Below, piece after piece: positions 52,985 to 61,888 of a stretch of 64,000 bases of DNA. The position numbers and the translations under genes were made by a program. Origin of the DNA: Gammaproteobacteria bacterium (GTDB lineage Bacteria > Pseudomonadota > Gammaproteobacteria > RBG-16-57-12); the NCBI GenBank assembly GCA_022712945.1, contig JAFLJP010000122.1, positions 1,853-65,852 of the forward strand, read 5' to 3'. Position 1 is the stretch's first letter; the number at the start of each line of letters is the position of its first letter. Below the pieces are notes generated by a model that was not told the DNA's origin, made no database searches, and saw only the letters and a program-made list of their open reading frames with translations.

Positions 52985-53491
52985 ATGAAGATGTCACGTC
53001 GAGCAAAACGTATGGAAAAGAGCCATAAGCGGAGCAAAGGTGCTTCGCTGAATATGGTCTCATTGATGGACATATTTACCATCCTTGTCTTCTTCCTACT
53101 TGTTAACTCATCTGATGTACAGTTGACACAAAACGAAAAGGTTCAGCTACCTGAATCGAAAGCGAACCAGGTACCCGCAGCGACACTGGTGATCATGATC
53201 AGCAATGATCAGGTGTTGGTGCAGGGGCGCCTTATTGCCACCGTTGATGAGATCATGGCAATCAAAGGCAACATTATTCCTGCGCTCAAAGAGGAGTTGA
53301 AGATTCAGTCCGATAACAGCCTGAGACAACTTTCAGAGAGTGAGCTGCGAGAGATGGGCCGCCCGATAACCATTATGGGGAATAAAGAAATCCCCTATCA
53401 GTTGCTGAAAAAAATCATGTTCACCAGCTCCAAGAGTAATTACAGCAACATCTCACTTGCCGTGTTGAAAAAAACTGAAGGCGAGGGGTAG
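52985..53491 (+). CDS. ExbD/TolR family biopolymer transport protein (paralog 2)
   Basis: N-terminal basic region, TM helix with SLMDIFTILVFFLL, periplasmic domain. Confidence 0.85.
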   Translation: MKMSRRAKRMEKSHKRSKGASLNMVSLMDIFTILVFFLLVNSSDVQLTQNEKVQLPESKANQVPAATLVIMISNDQVLVQGRLIATVDEIMAIKGNIIPALKEELKIQSDNSLRQLSESELREMGRPITIMGNKEIPYQLLKKIMFTSSKSNYSNISLAVLKKTEGEG

Positions 53492-53497
53492 CACGAA

Positions 53498-54430
53498 ATG
53501 AATAAACAGCCCCTGAACCCCAAGATTTTTTATGATTACAGCGACCAACGCCTTCGGGTGATTGCGGTCATCATGATGCTCTCTTTTCTGGCAGCCAATA
53601 TCACCTTTAACTTCATGGCAGTTCCTGAAATTGATCGTAAGGCGGCCAGTGAGTTGCCACCGCGCCTTACTAAAATGATGTTGGAAAAGCGCACACCGCC
53701 ACCACCGCCACCTAAAGAAGAGAAGAAGGAAGAAGAGAAGCCAAAGGAAGAGGAAAAACCGAAAGAAGAGCCAAAGAAAGAAGAAAAGAAGCCAGAACCG
53801 AAAAAAGAGGAGCCTAAAAAGCGTAGCGAAGAAGAGATACGCGAAAAAGTCCAAAATACCGGTATTCTGGCGATGATGGATGATCTTGCCGACCTGCGTG
53901 ATGAGTCACTCTTTGAGGGGCTGGATACCGACAATGCCTTGCTCAACACCCCGGTAGAGAGTGCGATGTCGAAAGAACGTTCACTGATTACCTCTAATGC
54001 GATGAGGGGGAGTGGTGGCATCAACACCGCGAGTCTCAGCCGCAGCACCGGCGGTGCTACCCGACTAGCGGGACGTGATGTCACCAAAGTTGACAGCCCG
54101 GTTGACGATGTGGCCCCGATGGAGGATGACAAGAAGGCCTCTGTGCGTAGCCATGAAGAGATTGCACTGGTTATTGACCGCTACAAGAGTCGTCTGCTGG
54201 CCATCTACCAGCGGGCTCTACGTGAAGATCCCACCCTGCGTGGACAGGTGGTATTTGAGATGACCATTGAGCCATCGGGTAAAGTCACCATCGTCAACGT
54301 GCTATCGAGTGACCTCAAAAATGAGAGTCTGGAGAAAAAGCTGGCAACCCGGATCAAGATGTTTAAATTTGGTGCTAAGGATGCGGAAGTGATGATTGTC
54401 ACGGTGCCAATTGACTTCTATCCCTCTTGA
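53498..54430 (+). CDS. TonB-like energy transducer of the AgmX/PglI type (TM anchor, KE/P-rich spacer, TonB C-terminal domain)
   Basis: N-terminal TM helix lacking the canonical TonB SxxxH; PPPPPPKEEKKEEEKPKEEEKPKEEPKKEEKKPEPKKEEPKK spacer; C-terminal GQVVFEMTIEPSGKVTIVNVLSS... beta-alpha-beta TonB_C-like fold. Confidence 0.7.
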   Translation: MNKQPLNPKIFYDYSDQRLRVIAVIMMLSFLAANITFNFMAVPEIDRKAASELPPRLTKMMLEKRTPPPPPPKEEKKEEEKPKEEEKPKEEPKKEEKKPEPKKEEPKKRSEEEIREKVQNTGILAMMDDLADLRDESLFEGLDTDNALLNTPVESAMSKERSLITSNAMRGSGGINTASLSRSTGGATRLAGRDVTKVDSPVDDVAPMEDDKKASVRSHEEIALVIDRYKSRLLAIYQRALREDPTLRGQVVFEMTIEPSGKVTIVNVLSSDLKNESLEKKLATRIKMFKFGAKDAEVMIVTVPIDFYPS

Positions 54431-54455
54431 TATAGGTCTCGTAACGCAACAAAAT

Positions 54456-54478
54456 AAGCCCCGAAAGGGGCTTTTTTA
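54456..54478 (+). terminator. rho-independent terminator closing the 10-gene operon
   Basis: AAGCCCC-gaaa-GGGGCTT followed by TTTTTT. Confidence 0.75.
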
Positions 54479-54497
54479 TTTAGAGCACTCCCAGTAA

Positions 54498-54857
54498 CTA
54501 TTGACCTTTCTTGGGGTTTTCATCCTCTGCTTCAGTGCAATTCACCAGCAGGCGCATTCCGCCTTTGGTTAGAACGTCATTTATCCGCTCAAGAAACAGC
54601 ATCATCTTCTCATTGGGCAGATAGGCACAATTGAGCTGAAAGCGCACCTTGCAGTCATTGCGATCAGGAAACTCTTCCGCCAATTGTCCACCTGCAGCAA
54701 ATTCGACATATTTGCTCATCTTGTCTTGCAGCTCAGCAATGCGGGCATCAATATCACTCCACTTTTCAGTGGCGTACATGATGAGTGCCATTTCATCGCT
54801 ATCGTGATCAAAAGCGACCTCGTCGATCACCTCTGGATTGTGAATGCCCCGTTCCAT
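54498..54857 (-). CDS. hypothetical acidic protein
   Basis: ORF only; no recognisable motif. Confidence 0.35.
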   Translation of the reverse strand: MERGIHNPEVIDEVAFDHDSDEMALIMYATEKWSDIDARIAELQDKMSKYVEFAAGGQLAEEFPDRNDCKVRFQLNCAYLPNEKMMLFLERINDVLTKGGMRLLVNCTEAEDENPKKGQ

Positions 54858-54926
54858 AATTTTCCCACCACCTGATTGCTGTTAGCTTTCAATAATATGG
54901 CAATCGCCACAAATGATCCAACTCAT

Positions 54927-55673
54927 TTACAGGGTACGCGCCGCTACCCACACATTAACCACCTTAACGCCCGACTTTTTCAGGATTCGAGCAAGTGCAT
55001 TGACGGTATTGCCGGTGGTCATTACATCATCAACAATGGCAACATGGTGTGCGGTGAGTGGCTTTGCCAGGCTGAACGCCTGTTTTACATTGGCGCGGCG
55101 GCGTGTTGCATCCAGGCTGCTTTGTGCGTGAGTTAATCGCACTCGTTGGCAGGATCTGAAATCGATATTGATTGTGAACTGTTTGGAGAGGATTCGAGCC
55201 AGCTCCAGCGCCTGGTTGAAACCTCGCTCACGGGTGCGAACAACATGCTGTGGAATCGGGATCAGTAGTTCAGGAAGTGGTTCTGAACACCGCTCAATTT
55301 GTCTGGCCATGAGTTGAGAGATCAATCGAGCATATTGTAAGCGGGCATTAAACTTGAGCCCTTGCACTAAAGAAGAGAAGGGGTGCTGGTAAATATAACC
55401 ACACATAACATGGTCAAAACAGGGCGGTGCTTTTAAGCATTCACCACAATGCATTTTTTCGTTTCCCGTTAGCGGCAGACCACACTGATAACACGGGTTA
55501 GTGATGCCCATGAGATCATTTTGGCAGCCGCTGCAGAGGTCAAGCTTCGCCTCTCCTGCGCTACCACATAGGACGCAGTGTGATGGAAAGCAGATTGATT
55601 GTGCGTTACTTAGCCAGTTGTTAACCATAACAATCCTTTGTGGTTGACAGAAATCCCTTATAATGGCGCACAA
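54927..55673 (-). CDS. ComF/GntX family phosphoribosyltransferase-domain protein
   Basis: N-terminal Cys pairs CVLCGS...CSGCQ and C-terminal PRTase motif VAIVDDVMTTGNT; TTG start; divergent from bioB as in E. coli (gntX-bioH). Confidence 0.8.
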   Translation of the reverse strand: MCAIIRDFCQPQRIVMVNNWLSNAQSICFPSHCVLCGSAGEAKLDLCSGCQNDLMGITNPCYQCGLPLTGNEKMHCGECLKAPPCFDHVMCGYIYQHPFSSLVQGLKFNARLQYARLISQLMARQIERCSEPLPELLIPIPQHVVRTRERGFNQALELARILSKQFTINIDFRSCQRVRLTHAQSSLDATRRRANVKQAFSLAKPLTAHHVAIVDDVMTTGNTVNALARILKKSGVKVVNVWVAARTL

Positions 55674-55720
55674 CAGTGCATTGTAATGTCGACAGATGTC
55701 AACTCGACCGAGGATAAGCC

Positions 55721-56755
55721 ATGGTACAGAACGAAACCTATAACCGTATTGATGAAATCACTCAGCGTATTGTGAGTGGTGGTGAAATGAGTGCTGATGA
55801 AGGGCGCTGGATGATCGCCCTCGATCATGATTACCTTCCTTGGGTAATGGCAGGTGCCGACCGCCTACGCCGCACCTTCCGTGGCGATGAGATTGAATCC
55901 TGTGCCATCTCTAATGTGCGTTCGGGTAACTGTTCCGAAGATTGCAGCTTCTGTTCACAAAGTGCTCACCACAAGACGGAAGCCCCGGTTTATGACTACA
56001 TCTCCAGTGATGAGCTGAAAGCACAGGCATTGCGTGCCCGGAAGTGGGGGGTGAGTGATTTTGGCATCGTCTCCAAAGGATGGGGGGTACGCAGTGAGAA
56101 GGAGCAGCAGCAGTTGACTGAGTATTTCGAGACGCTTTCGGAGGAGAGTGATATTGGTCGTTGTGCCAGCCTGGGTGTATTGACCCGGGAGAGTGCGGTA
56201 AAACTGAAAGAGGCGGGTCTGGAGAACTATCACCATAATTTAGAAGCGGCGGAGAGTTTTTTCGATAATGTCTGTAGCACTCACAGTTACCAGGAGAATA
56301 TCGATACCATTAAACACGCTGCCGATGCCGGCCTTCGGGTCTGTGCCGGGGGTATTCTGGGTATGGGTGAGAGTCTGAATCAACGCATTGAGCTGGCCGA
56401 TACGCTGCGAAAAATTGGCGTGGAATCGGTACCGATGAACTTTCTCAGCCCGGCTGAAGGGACACCCATGCAGGATATTCCGGCACTGCAGCCCTATGAA
56501 ATTTTACTGAGCATCGCCACCTATCGTTATATGTTGCCCAAAGCTGAAATTCGTATTGCCGGTGGTCGCCAACATCTGCGCGATATGCAGTCGATGATCT
56601 TTTTTGCCGGGGCCTCGGGCATTATGGTGGGTGATTACCTGACCACTTCAGGGCGCAGTGTGGATGATGACTTGCGGATGCTGGCCGACCTGAAACTCAC
56701 TATTCGTGGTGATACCCAGAAAACCCGTAAAGTTATTCCAATTAGTGCGGCGTAA
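55721..56755 (+). CDS. bioB: biotin synthase
   Basis: Radical SAM motif CSEDCSFC and BioB family similarity. Confidence 0.97.
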   Translation: MVQNETYNRIDEITQRIVSGGEMSADEGRWMIALDHDYLPWVMAGADRLRRTFRGDEIESCAISNVRSGNCSEDCSFCSQSAHHKTEAPVYDYISSDELKAQALRARKWGVSDFGIVSKGWGVRSEKEQQQLTEYFETLSEESDIGRCASLGVLTRESAVKLKEAGLENYHHNLEAAESFFDNVCSTHSYQENIDTIKHAADAGLRVCAGGILGMGESLNQRIELADTLRKIGVESVPMNFLSPAEGTPMQDIPALQPYEILLSIATYRYMLPKAEIRIAGGRQHLRDMQSMIFFAGASGIMVGDYLTTSGRSVDDDLRMLADLKLTIRGDTQKTRKVIPISAA

Positions 56756-56763
56756 CAGGGCCG

Positions 56764-57915
56764 ATGGATAAGTGGCATTCACTTGCGGCGGCGCTTGATG
56801 AGCGCCGCCGTGCCTCTCTCTATCGCCAACGTCACATCACTAGCTCACCCAGCTCACCTGAAATGGTGATCTCGGGCCAGCCCTGCCTCTGTTTCTGTAG
56901 TAACGATTATCTCGGTCTGGCAAATCATCCAGCAGTGGTCAGTGCATTTAAACAAGCGGCAGATCACTACGGTGTCGGTTCCGGTGGTGCTCACCTGATC
57001 AATGGCCACAGTCAGGCGCATCACGCCCTGGAGGAGGAGCTGGCCGAGTTCACGGGCCGCCAACGGGTGCTACTATTTTCCACTGGCTACATGGCCAATC
57101 TGGGTCTCATCAGCACGCTTTGTGGGCGGGGGGACTATCTCTACCAGGATCGGCTCAACCACGCCTCCCTGCTGGATGCCGGTTTACTCTCGGGGGCAAA
57201 ACAGCAACGATACGCCCATCTCAACGAGCAAAAGCTTGCGGAAAAGTGCGTGGTAAACCAGCCTAAGATGATTGTGACGGACGGTGTTTTCAGTATGGAT
57301 GGCGATATTGCACCACTGCTGGAACTCTCCAGGATAGCTGAACAACACGATGCCTGGTTAATGGTCGATGATGCTCATGGCCTTGGGGTTCTTGGTGACC
57401 ATGGTGGTGGTACTCTTGAGCATTTTGGGCTTGATGCTCAGCAGGTTCCCATTTTAATGGGCACGCTGGGCAAAGGCTTCGGTACCTTTGGTGCGTTTGT
57501 CGCCGGTGATGAACGGCTGATCGAAACATTGATTCAACAGGCGCGCAGCTATATCTACACCACTGCGATGCCTGCCGCTATCGCGGAAGCTACTCGTACC
57601 AGTCTGTCTATCATGCAGTGTGAGTCGTGGCGGCGGGAAAAGCTACAGCAGTTGATCCGTGAGTTTAAAGCGGGAGCCGCCCAGCTAGGCTTGCCGCTGA
57701 TGCCTTCTGATACACCGATTCAGCCGCTGTTGATAGGAGAGAGCGCCAAAGCCACCTTGATCAGCCAGCAGTTATTGGCGCAGGGCATTTTGGTGACAGC
57801 AATCCGCCCGCCCACGGTGCCTGAGGGGAGTGCCCGGTTGCGCATCACTCTCTCGGCCAATCACACCGAACAACAGGTGACACGGCTGCTTGATTGCCTG
57901 GATGGGCTGTTGTGA
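56764..57915 (+). CDS. bioF: 8-amino-7-oxononanoate synthase
   Basis: PLP-dependent class II aminotransferase-like motifs ([19 protein letters not shown]). Confidence 0.9.
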   Translation: MDKWHSLAAALDERRRASLYRQRHITSSPSSPEMVISGQPCLCFCSNDYLGLANHPAVVSAFKQAADHYGVGSGGAHLINGHSQAHHALEEELAEFTGRQRVLLFSTGYMANLGLISTLCGRGDYLYQDRLNHASLLDAGLLSGAKQQRYAHLNEQKLAEKCVVNQPKMIVTDGVFSMDGDIAPLLELSRIAEQHDAWLMVDDAHGLGVLGDHGGGTLEHFGLDAQQVPILMGTLGKGFGTFGAFVAGDERLIETLIQQARSYIYTTAMPAAIAEATRTSLSIMQCESWRREKLQQLIREFKAGAAQLGLPLMPSDTPIQPLLIGESAKATLISQQLLAQGILVTAIRPPTVPEGSARLRITLSANHTEQQVTRLLDCLDGLL

Positions 57916-58679
57916 GCCTCTATATTCATAGAGAAGGCTCAGGGCCACCGTTGGTATTCCTGCATGGCTGGGGAATGAACAGCGACATCTGGGAAGATAT
58001 TGTACCTCGACTGACTCAGCACCACACCGTCACGCTGATCGACCTGCCCGGTCATGGCCGCAGCCAGCTATCTCAGCCGGATTATGGTATTGAAGTGCTG
58101 GCGGAACAGTTAGCAGAGGTGATACCAGAAGCCGCTATCTGGGTCGGCTGGTCGCTTGGTGGGTTAATTGCCCTGCAGATAGCCGCGCAATACCCAGGAA
58201 AAGTGAAAGCCCTGCTGATGGTTGCCAGCTCCCCTCGATTTGTTAAAGTACCGGGGTGGCCCTATGGGGTTGAGCCGACGGTTTTTGACAAGTTTGCCAA
58301 GGGGCTGGCGGAAGATTATCGGGCCACCCTCAAACGCTTTGTGGCCATTCAAGCTTTGGGGAGCCACAATGCCAAGGCTGAAGTGCGTACACTGCGTGAA
58401 CGCATGCTGCGTCATGGAGAACCACACCACAAAGCGCTACAGGGCGGCCTGCGCCTCTTGCAACAGAGTGATCTGCGCCAGGCACTTGCCGAGTGCCACT
58501 GCCCGATAAAACTTGTATTGGGCAGTCGAGATACCCTTGCGCCAGCCCGCGTCGCTCACCACTTGAAGTACCCTCATCTGGAGAGCACGATTATTCAAGG
58601 GGCCGCCCACGCCCCCTTTATCTCTCACCCGGATCAGTTTTTAGCCGTATTGAAAGAGTTTACTAAACGCCATGTTTGA
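57912..58679 (+). CDS. bioH: pimeloyl-[ACP] methyl ester esterase (alpha/beta hydrolase)
   Basis: [14 protein letters not shown] and GWSLGG nucleophile elbow; GTG start overlaps bioF stop (GTGA). Confidence 0.8.
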   Translation: MSLYIHREGSGPPLVFLHGWGMNSDIWEDIVPRLTQHHTVTLIDLPGHGRSQLSQPDYGIEVLAEQLAEVIPEAAIWVGWSLGGLIALQIAAQYPGKVKALLMVASSPRFVKVPGWPYGVEPTVFDKFAKGLAEDYRATLKRFVAIQALGSHNAKAEVRTLRERMLRHGEPHHKALQGGLRLLQQSDLRQALAECHCPIKLVLGSRDTLAPARVAHHLKYPHLESTIIQGAAHAPFISHPDQFLAVLKEFTKRHV

Positions 58680-59547
58680 CGATCGTTACACTATTATAAA
58701 AACAGACATTCGCCACTCCTTTGACAAAGCCGCCAGTCGTTATGATGAGGTAGCAGTACTGCAACGGGAGGTTGCTGGTCGTCTACTGGATCGCTTGGAG
58801 CTTATCAAGCTAAAGCCGCAACGTATCCTTGACCTGGGTTGTGGCACCGGGCTCAATAGCCAAGCACTGGACAAACGTTATAAAAAAGCTCAGGTGCTCT
58901 CACTTGATCTCGCCGAGGGCATGCTCAACAAGGCACGCAAACATAAATCATGGTTCAACAAACAGCGCTTTATCTGTGGTGATGCAGAAGCACTGCCACT
59001 GGCGGATAACAGCATAGAACTCATATTTTCAAGCTTAACCCTTCAGTGGTGCTGTGACCTTGATAGCGTATTCAAAGAGTGTTTTCGGGTGCTCAAACCG
59101 GGTGGGTTGCTGATGTTCTCCACCCTGGGGCCAGACACGCTGCATGAGTTGCGCCATAGCTGGAAGCGTGTGGATGACAATAACCACGTCAACGCCTTCA
59201 TTGATATGCATGATATTGGCGATGCGATGATTCGCAGCCGCCTTTCTGACCCAGTGATGGATGTTGAAAATATCACCATGACCTACAGCGAGGTGATGCC
59301 ACTGATGCGGGATCTCCAGATACTCGGTGCCCACAACATGACCCAGGGCCGCTCCCGGGGCCTGACAGGAAAAGCAAAAATTCTTGCCTTGAGTGACGCT
59401 TATGAACGCTACCGAGCCAAAGGTGTTCTCCCTGCCACCTACGAAGTGGTTTATGGACATGCCTGGGCACCTGAAAATAAAGAGAAAGCAGAAAATGGTG
59501 CAGATGGGGTCTTTCACTTCCCGGTCGATCAATTGCGAAAACGTTGA
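58672..59547 (+). CDS. bioC: malonyl-[ACP] O-methyltransferase
   Basis: SAM motif ILDLGCGTG and BioC-like length/context; start overlaps bioH stop (ATGTTTGA). Confidence 0.85.
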   Translation: MFDDRYTIIKTDIRHSFDKAASRYDEVAVLQREVAGRLLDRLELIKLKPQRILDLGCGTGLNSQALDKRYKKAQVLSLDLAEGMLNKARKHKSWFNKQRFICGDAEALPLADNSIELIFSSLTLQWCCDLDSVFKECFRVLKPGGLLMFSTLGPDTLHELRHSWKRVDDNNHVNAFIDMHDIGDAMIRSRLSDPVMDVENITMTYSEVMPLMRDLQILGAHNMTQGRSRGLTGKAKILALSDAYERYRAKGVLPATYEVVYGHAWAPENKEKAENGADGVFHFPVDQLRKR

Positions 59548-59582
59548 CTAAAATATAAAATAGTCGACCAATGATAAGTAGG

Positions 59583-59618
59583 GGCCTTTGCACGAAAATT
59601 ATTTTTCGTGCAAAGGCC
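59583..59618. other. perfect 16-bp-stem hairpin (GGCCTTTGCACGAAAA-ttat-TTTTCGTGCAAAGGCC) downstream of bioC
   Basis: Read directly from the sequence; no U-tract follows on either strand. Confidence 0.5.
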
Positions 59619-59665
59619 TCAAGTAGTCACACACACATTTAAACTTAGACATTAATAAAAATATT

Positions 59666-60397
59666 ATGGAGCAACTCATGAAACCGTCGATCATCCCAAG
59701 CAGCATTGCCGCACTACTCTTCAGTGCCAGTGTCCACGCAAGCCCCTTTACCGGTGAGGCTGAGTTGGGCTGGATCAGCACCAGTGGCAACTCAGAAACC
59801 GACAGCCTCACCATCAAAGCCAAAGGTGAAAAGAGCTATGGCAAGATCAAGCACCATATGACGGCAGAGGTACTGAAAAGCTCAAATACCAATACCGCGG
59901 GTGAGAAAACAGATACTGCTGAGCGCTACCTGCTAGGCTACAAGGCAGACTACGCACTGACCGATAAAGGCTACGCATTTTTAAGCCTCAACTACGAAGA
60001 TGATCGCTTTAGTGGTTATGATCGACGCACCAGCGAATTGGTGGGTTATGGTCACCAGTTCCACGACAATGAGACCTTGAAAACCCGTGCGGAACTCTCG
60101 GTGGGTGCACGCCAAAGTAAGTTGGTAGGTGGTGGTGACAGTGAGAGTGAAGGGGTGGTTAAAGTACAGGGTAATCTGGAATGGACCGTTAGTGAAACCA
60201 CGCTGTTCAGCCAGGATGTCGCTGTGGAAATTGGTGACAACAGCACCATCAGCAAGTCGGTAACGGGCCTGAAAGTTAATATTAACAGCAGTCTCGCAAT
60301 GAAGCTGACCTACACGCTTAAACACACTTCGGATGTGCCTAATGGGGTAGAAAAATTAGATAGTGAGCGAATTGCCACCATTGTTTACTCTTTTTAA
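59666..60397 (+). CDS. DUF481 (YdiY-like) outer-membrane beta-barrel protein
   Basis: Signal peptide ..VHA/SP; alternating beta-strand pattern; C-terminal ..TIVYSF. Confidence 0.65.
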   Translation: MEQLMKPSIIPSSIAALLFSASVHASPFTGEAELGWISTSGNSETDSLTIKAKGEKSYGKIKHHMTAEVLKSSNTNTAGEKTDTAERYLLGYKADYALTDKGYAFLSLNYEDDRFSGYDRRTSELVGYGHQFHDNETLKTRAELSVGARQSKLVGGGDSESEGVVKVQGNLEWTVSETTLFSQDVAVEIGDNSTISKSVTGLKVNINSSLAMKLTYTLKHTSDVPNGVEKLDSERIATIVYSF

Positions 60398-60418
60398 TCT
60401 TTCAACTGCTATCTGAAA

Positions 60419-60637
60419 ATGAAGTGGCTTGAAAGAGTGCCGGTCATTCCATTAGCCATCGTCGCACTCGTGCTGGCGTTGGCGCCTTTTCAGCCTGAAC
60501 CCCACTTGTGGGAAAAACTGAAAATGCTAGTGGCGGGAAATCTGGTTAGCGTGGTCGATATTTTTGATCTGCTGTTCCATGCTTCACCGTTATTGTTGCT
60601 ACTGTTTAAGTTAGCGTTTGTTTTAAAGCAAAGGTAA
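60419..60637 (+). CDS. hypothetical small membrane protein
   Basis: ORF with two hydrophobic segments only. Confidence 0.25.
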   Translation: MKWLERVPVIPLAIVALVLALAPFQPEPHLWEKLKMLVAGNLVSVVDIFDLLFHASPLLLLLFKLAFVLKQR

Positions 60638-60859
60638 CGACTCAGCGTATTCATCTTTTACCTCAACTCTTCGTTATTTTCGTACTCAATCGGTCACATA
60701 TGTCCTATATGCTCCCTCTTTCCGTGCGAAAATGCCTCGATTTGAGGCGAAATCTAAACACGCTGAGTAGTTACAAATAAAGATAATCAGAGTGTTGGTA
60801 GTGGATAGTCATGGGAAAGTAATTTCAAGAAAAAACCCAACAGAAGCGGCAACTGCAAC

Positions 60860-61297
60860 ATGGTGATGCGGAGCGTATTTTTACTATTAATAGTATTTTT
60901 TATGGTTGCCTGTTCAACAGTTGACGAGGGTACCGGGCCAAAATTGTATTTGTTGGATTTAAAGGGCATAGAAAAAATAGCGATAACAGAGGTTGGGGTT
61001 AAATCTGTGGCAGGTAAAGATTTAAATATTTCCTGTGAACAATTCACATTAACTCAAAAAAATATTGAGGAATATTTCAACGTAGCGAAAAGAGTGAGTA
61101 AAAATGACTATAGGCACATGCTTGACTGGTCGCCGTGTTATGTCAGAGGAAAGGTATTTTTAAATAACGGTGATGTAGGGGAGTGGGGCATTCATCAGTA
61201 CAGAGGAGGCAGCCTTGATTTCGGTACGGATAAAATAATTTATATGTATTGTCCAAGGTGTAAAGCTAAGATGTTTGATCGCCCTGAATACCTGTGA
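60860..61297 (+). CDS. hypothetical lipoprotein (AT-rich gene)
   Basis: Signal peptide with lipobox MVAC; no family recognised; noticeably lower GC than neighbours. Confidence 0.45.
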   Translation: MVMRSVFLLLIVFFMVACSTVDEGTGPKLYLLDLKGIEKIAITEVGVKSVAGKDLNISCEQFTLTQKNIEEYFNVAKRVSKNDYRHMLDWSPCYVRGKVFLNNGDVGEWGIHQYRGGSLDFGTDKIIYMYCPRCKAKMFDRPEYL

Positions 61298-61362
61298 AAT
61301 TAAAAAGCTAACACACAGGCTGCTAAAGCGTCACGGCGTAAGTCGGTAAAAACCAGGGCATA

Positions 61363-61392
61363 AAAAAAGGGGCGCATCAGCGCCCCTTTTTA
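61363..61392. terminator. bidirectional rho-independent terminator
   Basis: AAAAAAA-GGGGCGC-atca-GCGCCCC-TTTTT between convergent lipoprotein and cspA genes. Confidence 0.7.
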
Positions 61393-61420
61393 ATATTACA
61401 AGCTTGTGATTAGCCAAATA

Positions 61421-61630
61421 TTACAGTGGCATCACATTAGCAGCTTGCAGACCCTTTTGGCCTTGCTCTGTATCGAACTCAACCTTTTGGCCTTCGCTCA
61501 ATGTTTTGAAGCCGTCACTGACGATAGCGCGGAAATGAACAAATACGTCTGCACCGCCATTATCCTGAGTGATGAAACCAAAACCTTTCTCTTCGTTGAA
61601 CCACTTAACGGTACCAGTTGCTTTAGACAT
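61421..61630 (-). CDS. cspA: cold-shock protein, CspA family
   Basis: [15 protein letters not shown] and VFVHF RNP motifs. Confidence 0.95.
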   Translation of the reverse strand: MSKATGTVKWFNEEKGFGFITQDNGGADVFVHFRAIVSDGFKTLSEGQKVEFDTEQGQKGLQAANVMPL

Positions 61631-61888
61631 GGAAGTCTCCTGAAATTGAAATTTTAATAATTAAAAGTGCGCTATTGCGCCTCTTAGCCGGTTAGATTAC
61701 TTATGGTGACAAAGAGAGTGAAAACCTTCAGGACAACGGCGTTACATATGTAGCGGTTTAACGAAGTGTTCAATATCAATCTGTTGCATAAATAGCTATG
61801 TAGATAGGCTACCGCCAGCCTAGCATATTTTTTGCAAAACCACCCGCCTTTTTGTGGTTTGGTGCTCAAGTAGTGTTAGAGGCTCCCA

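Noticed and set aside
53536-54132. 198-aa minus-strand ORF rich in S/R/G
   Set aside because: Entirely antisense to the TonB-like gene's low-complexity KE/P-rich tract. This is an expected artefact of purine-rich coding sequence.
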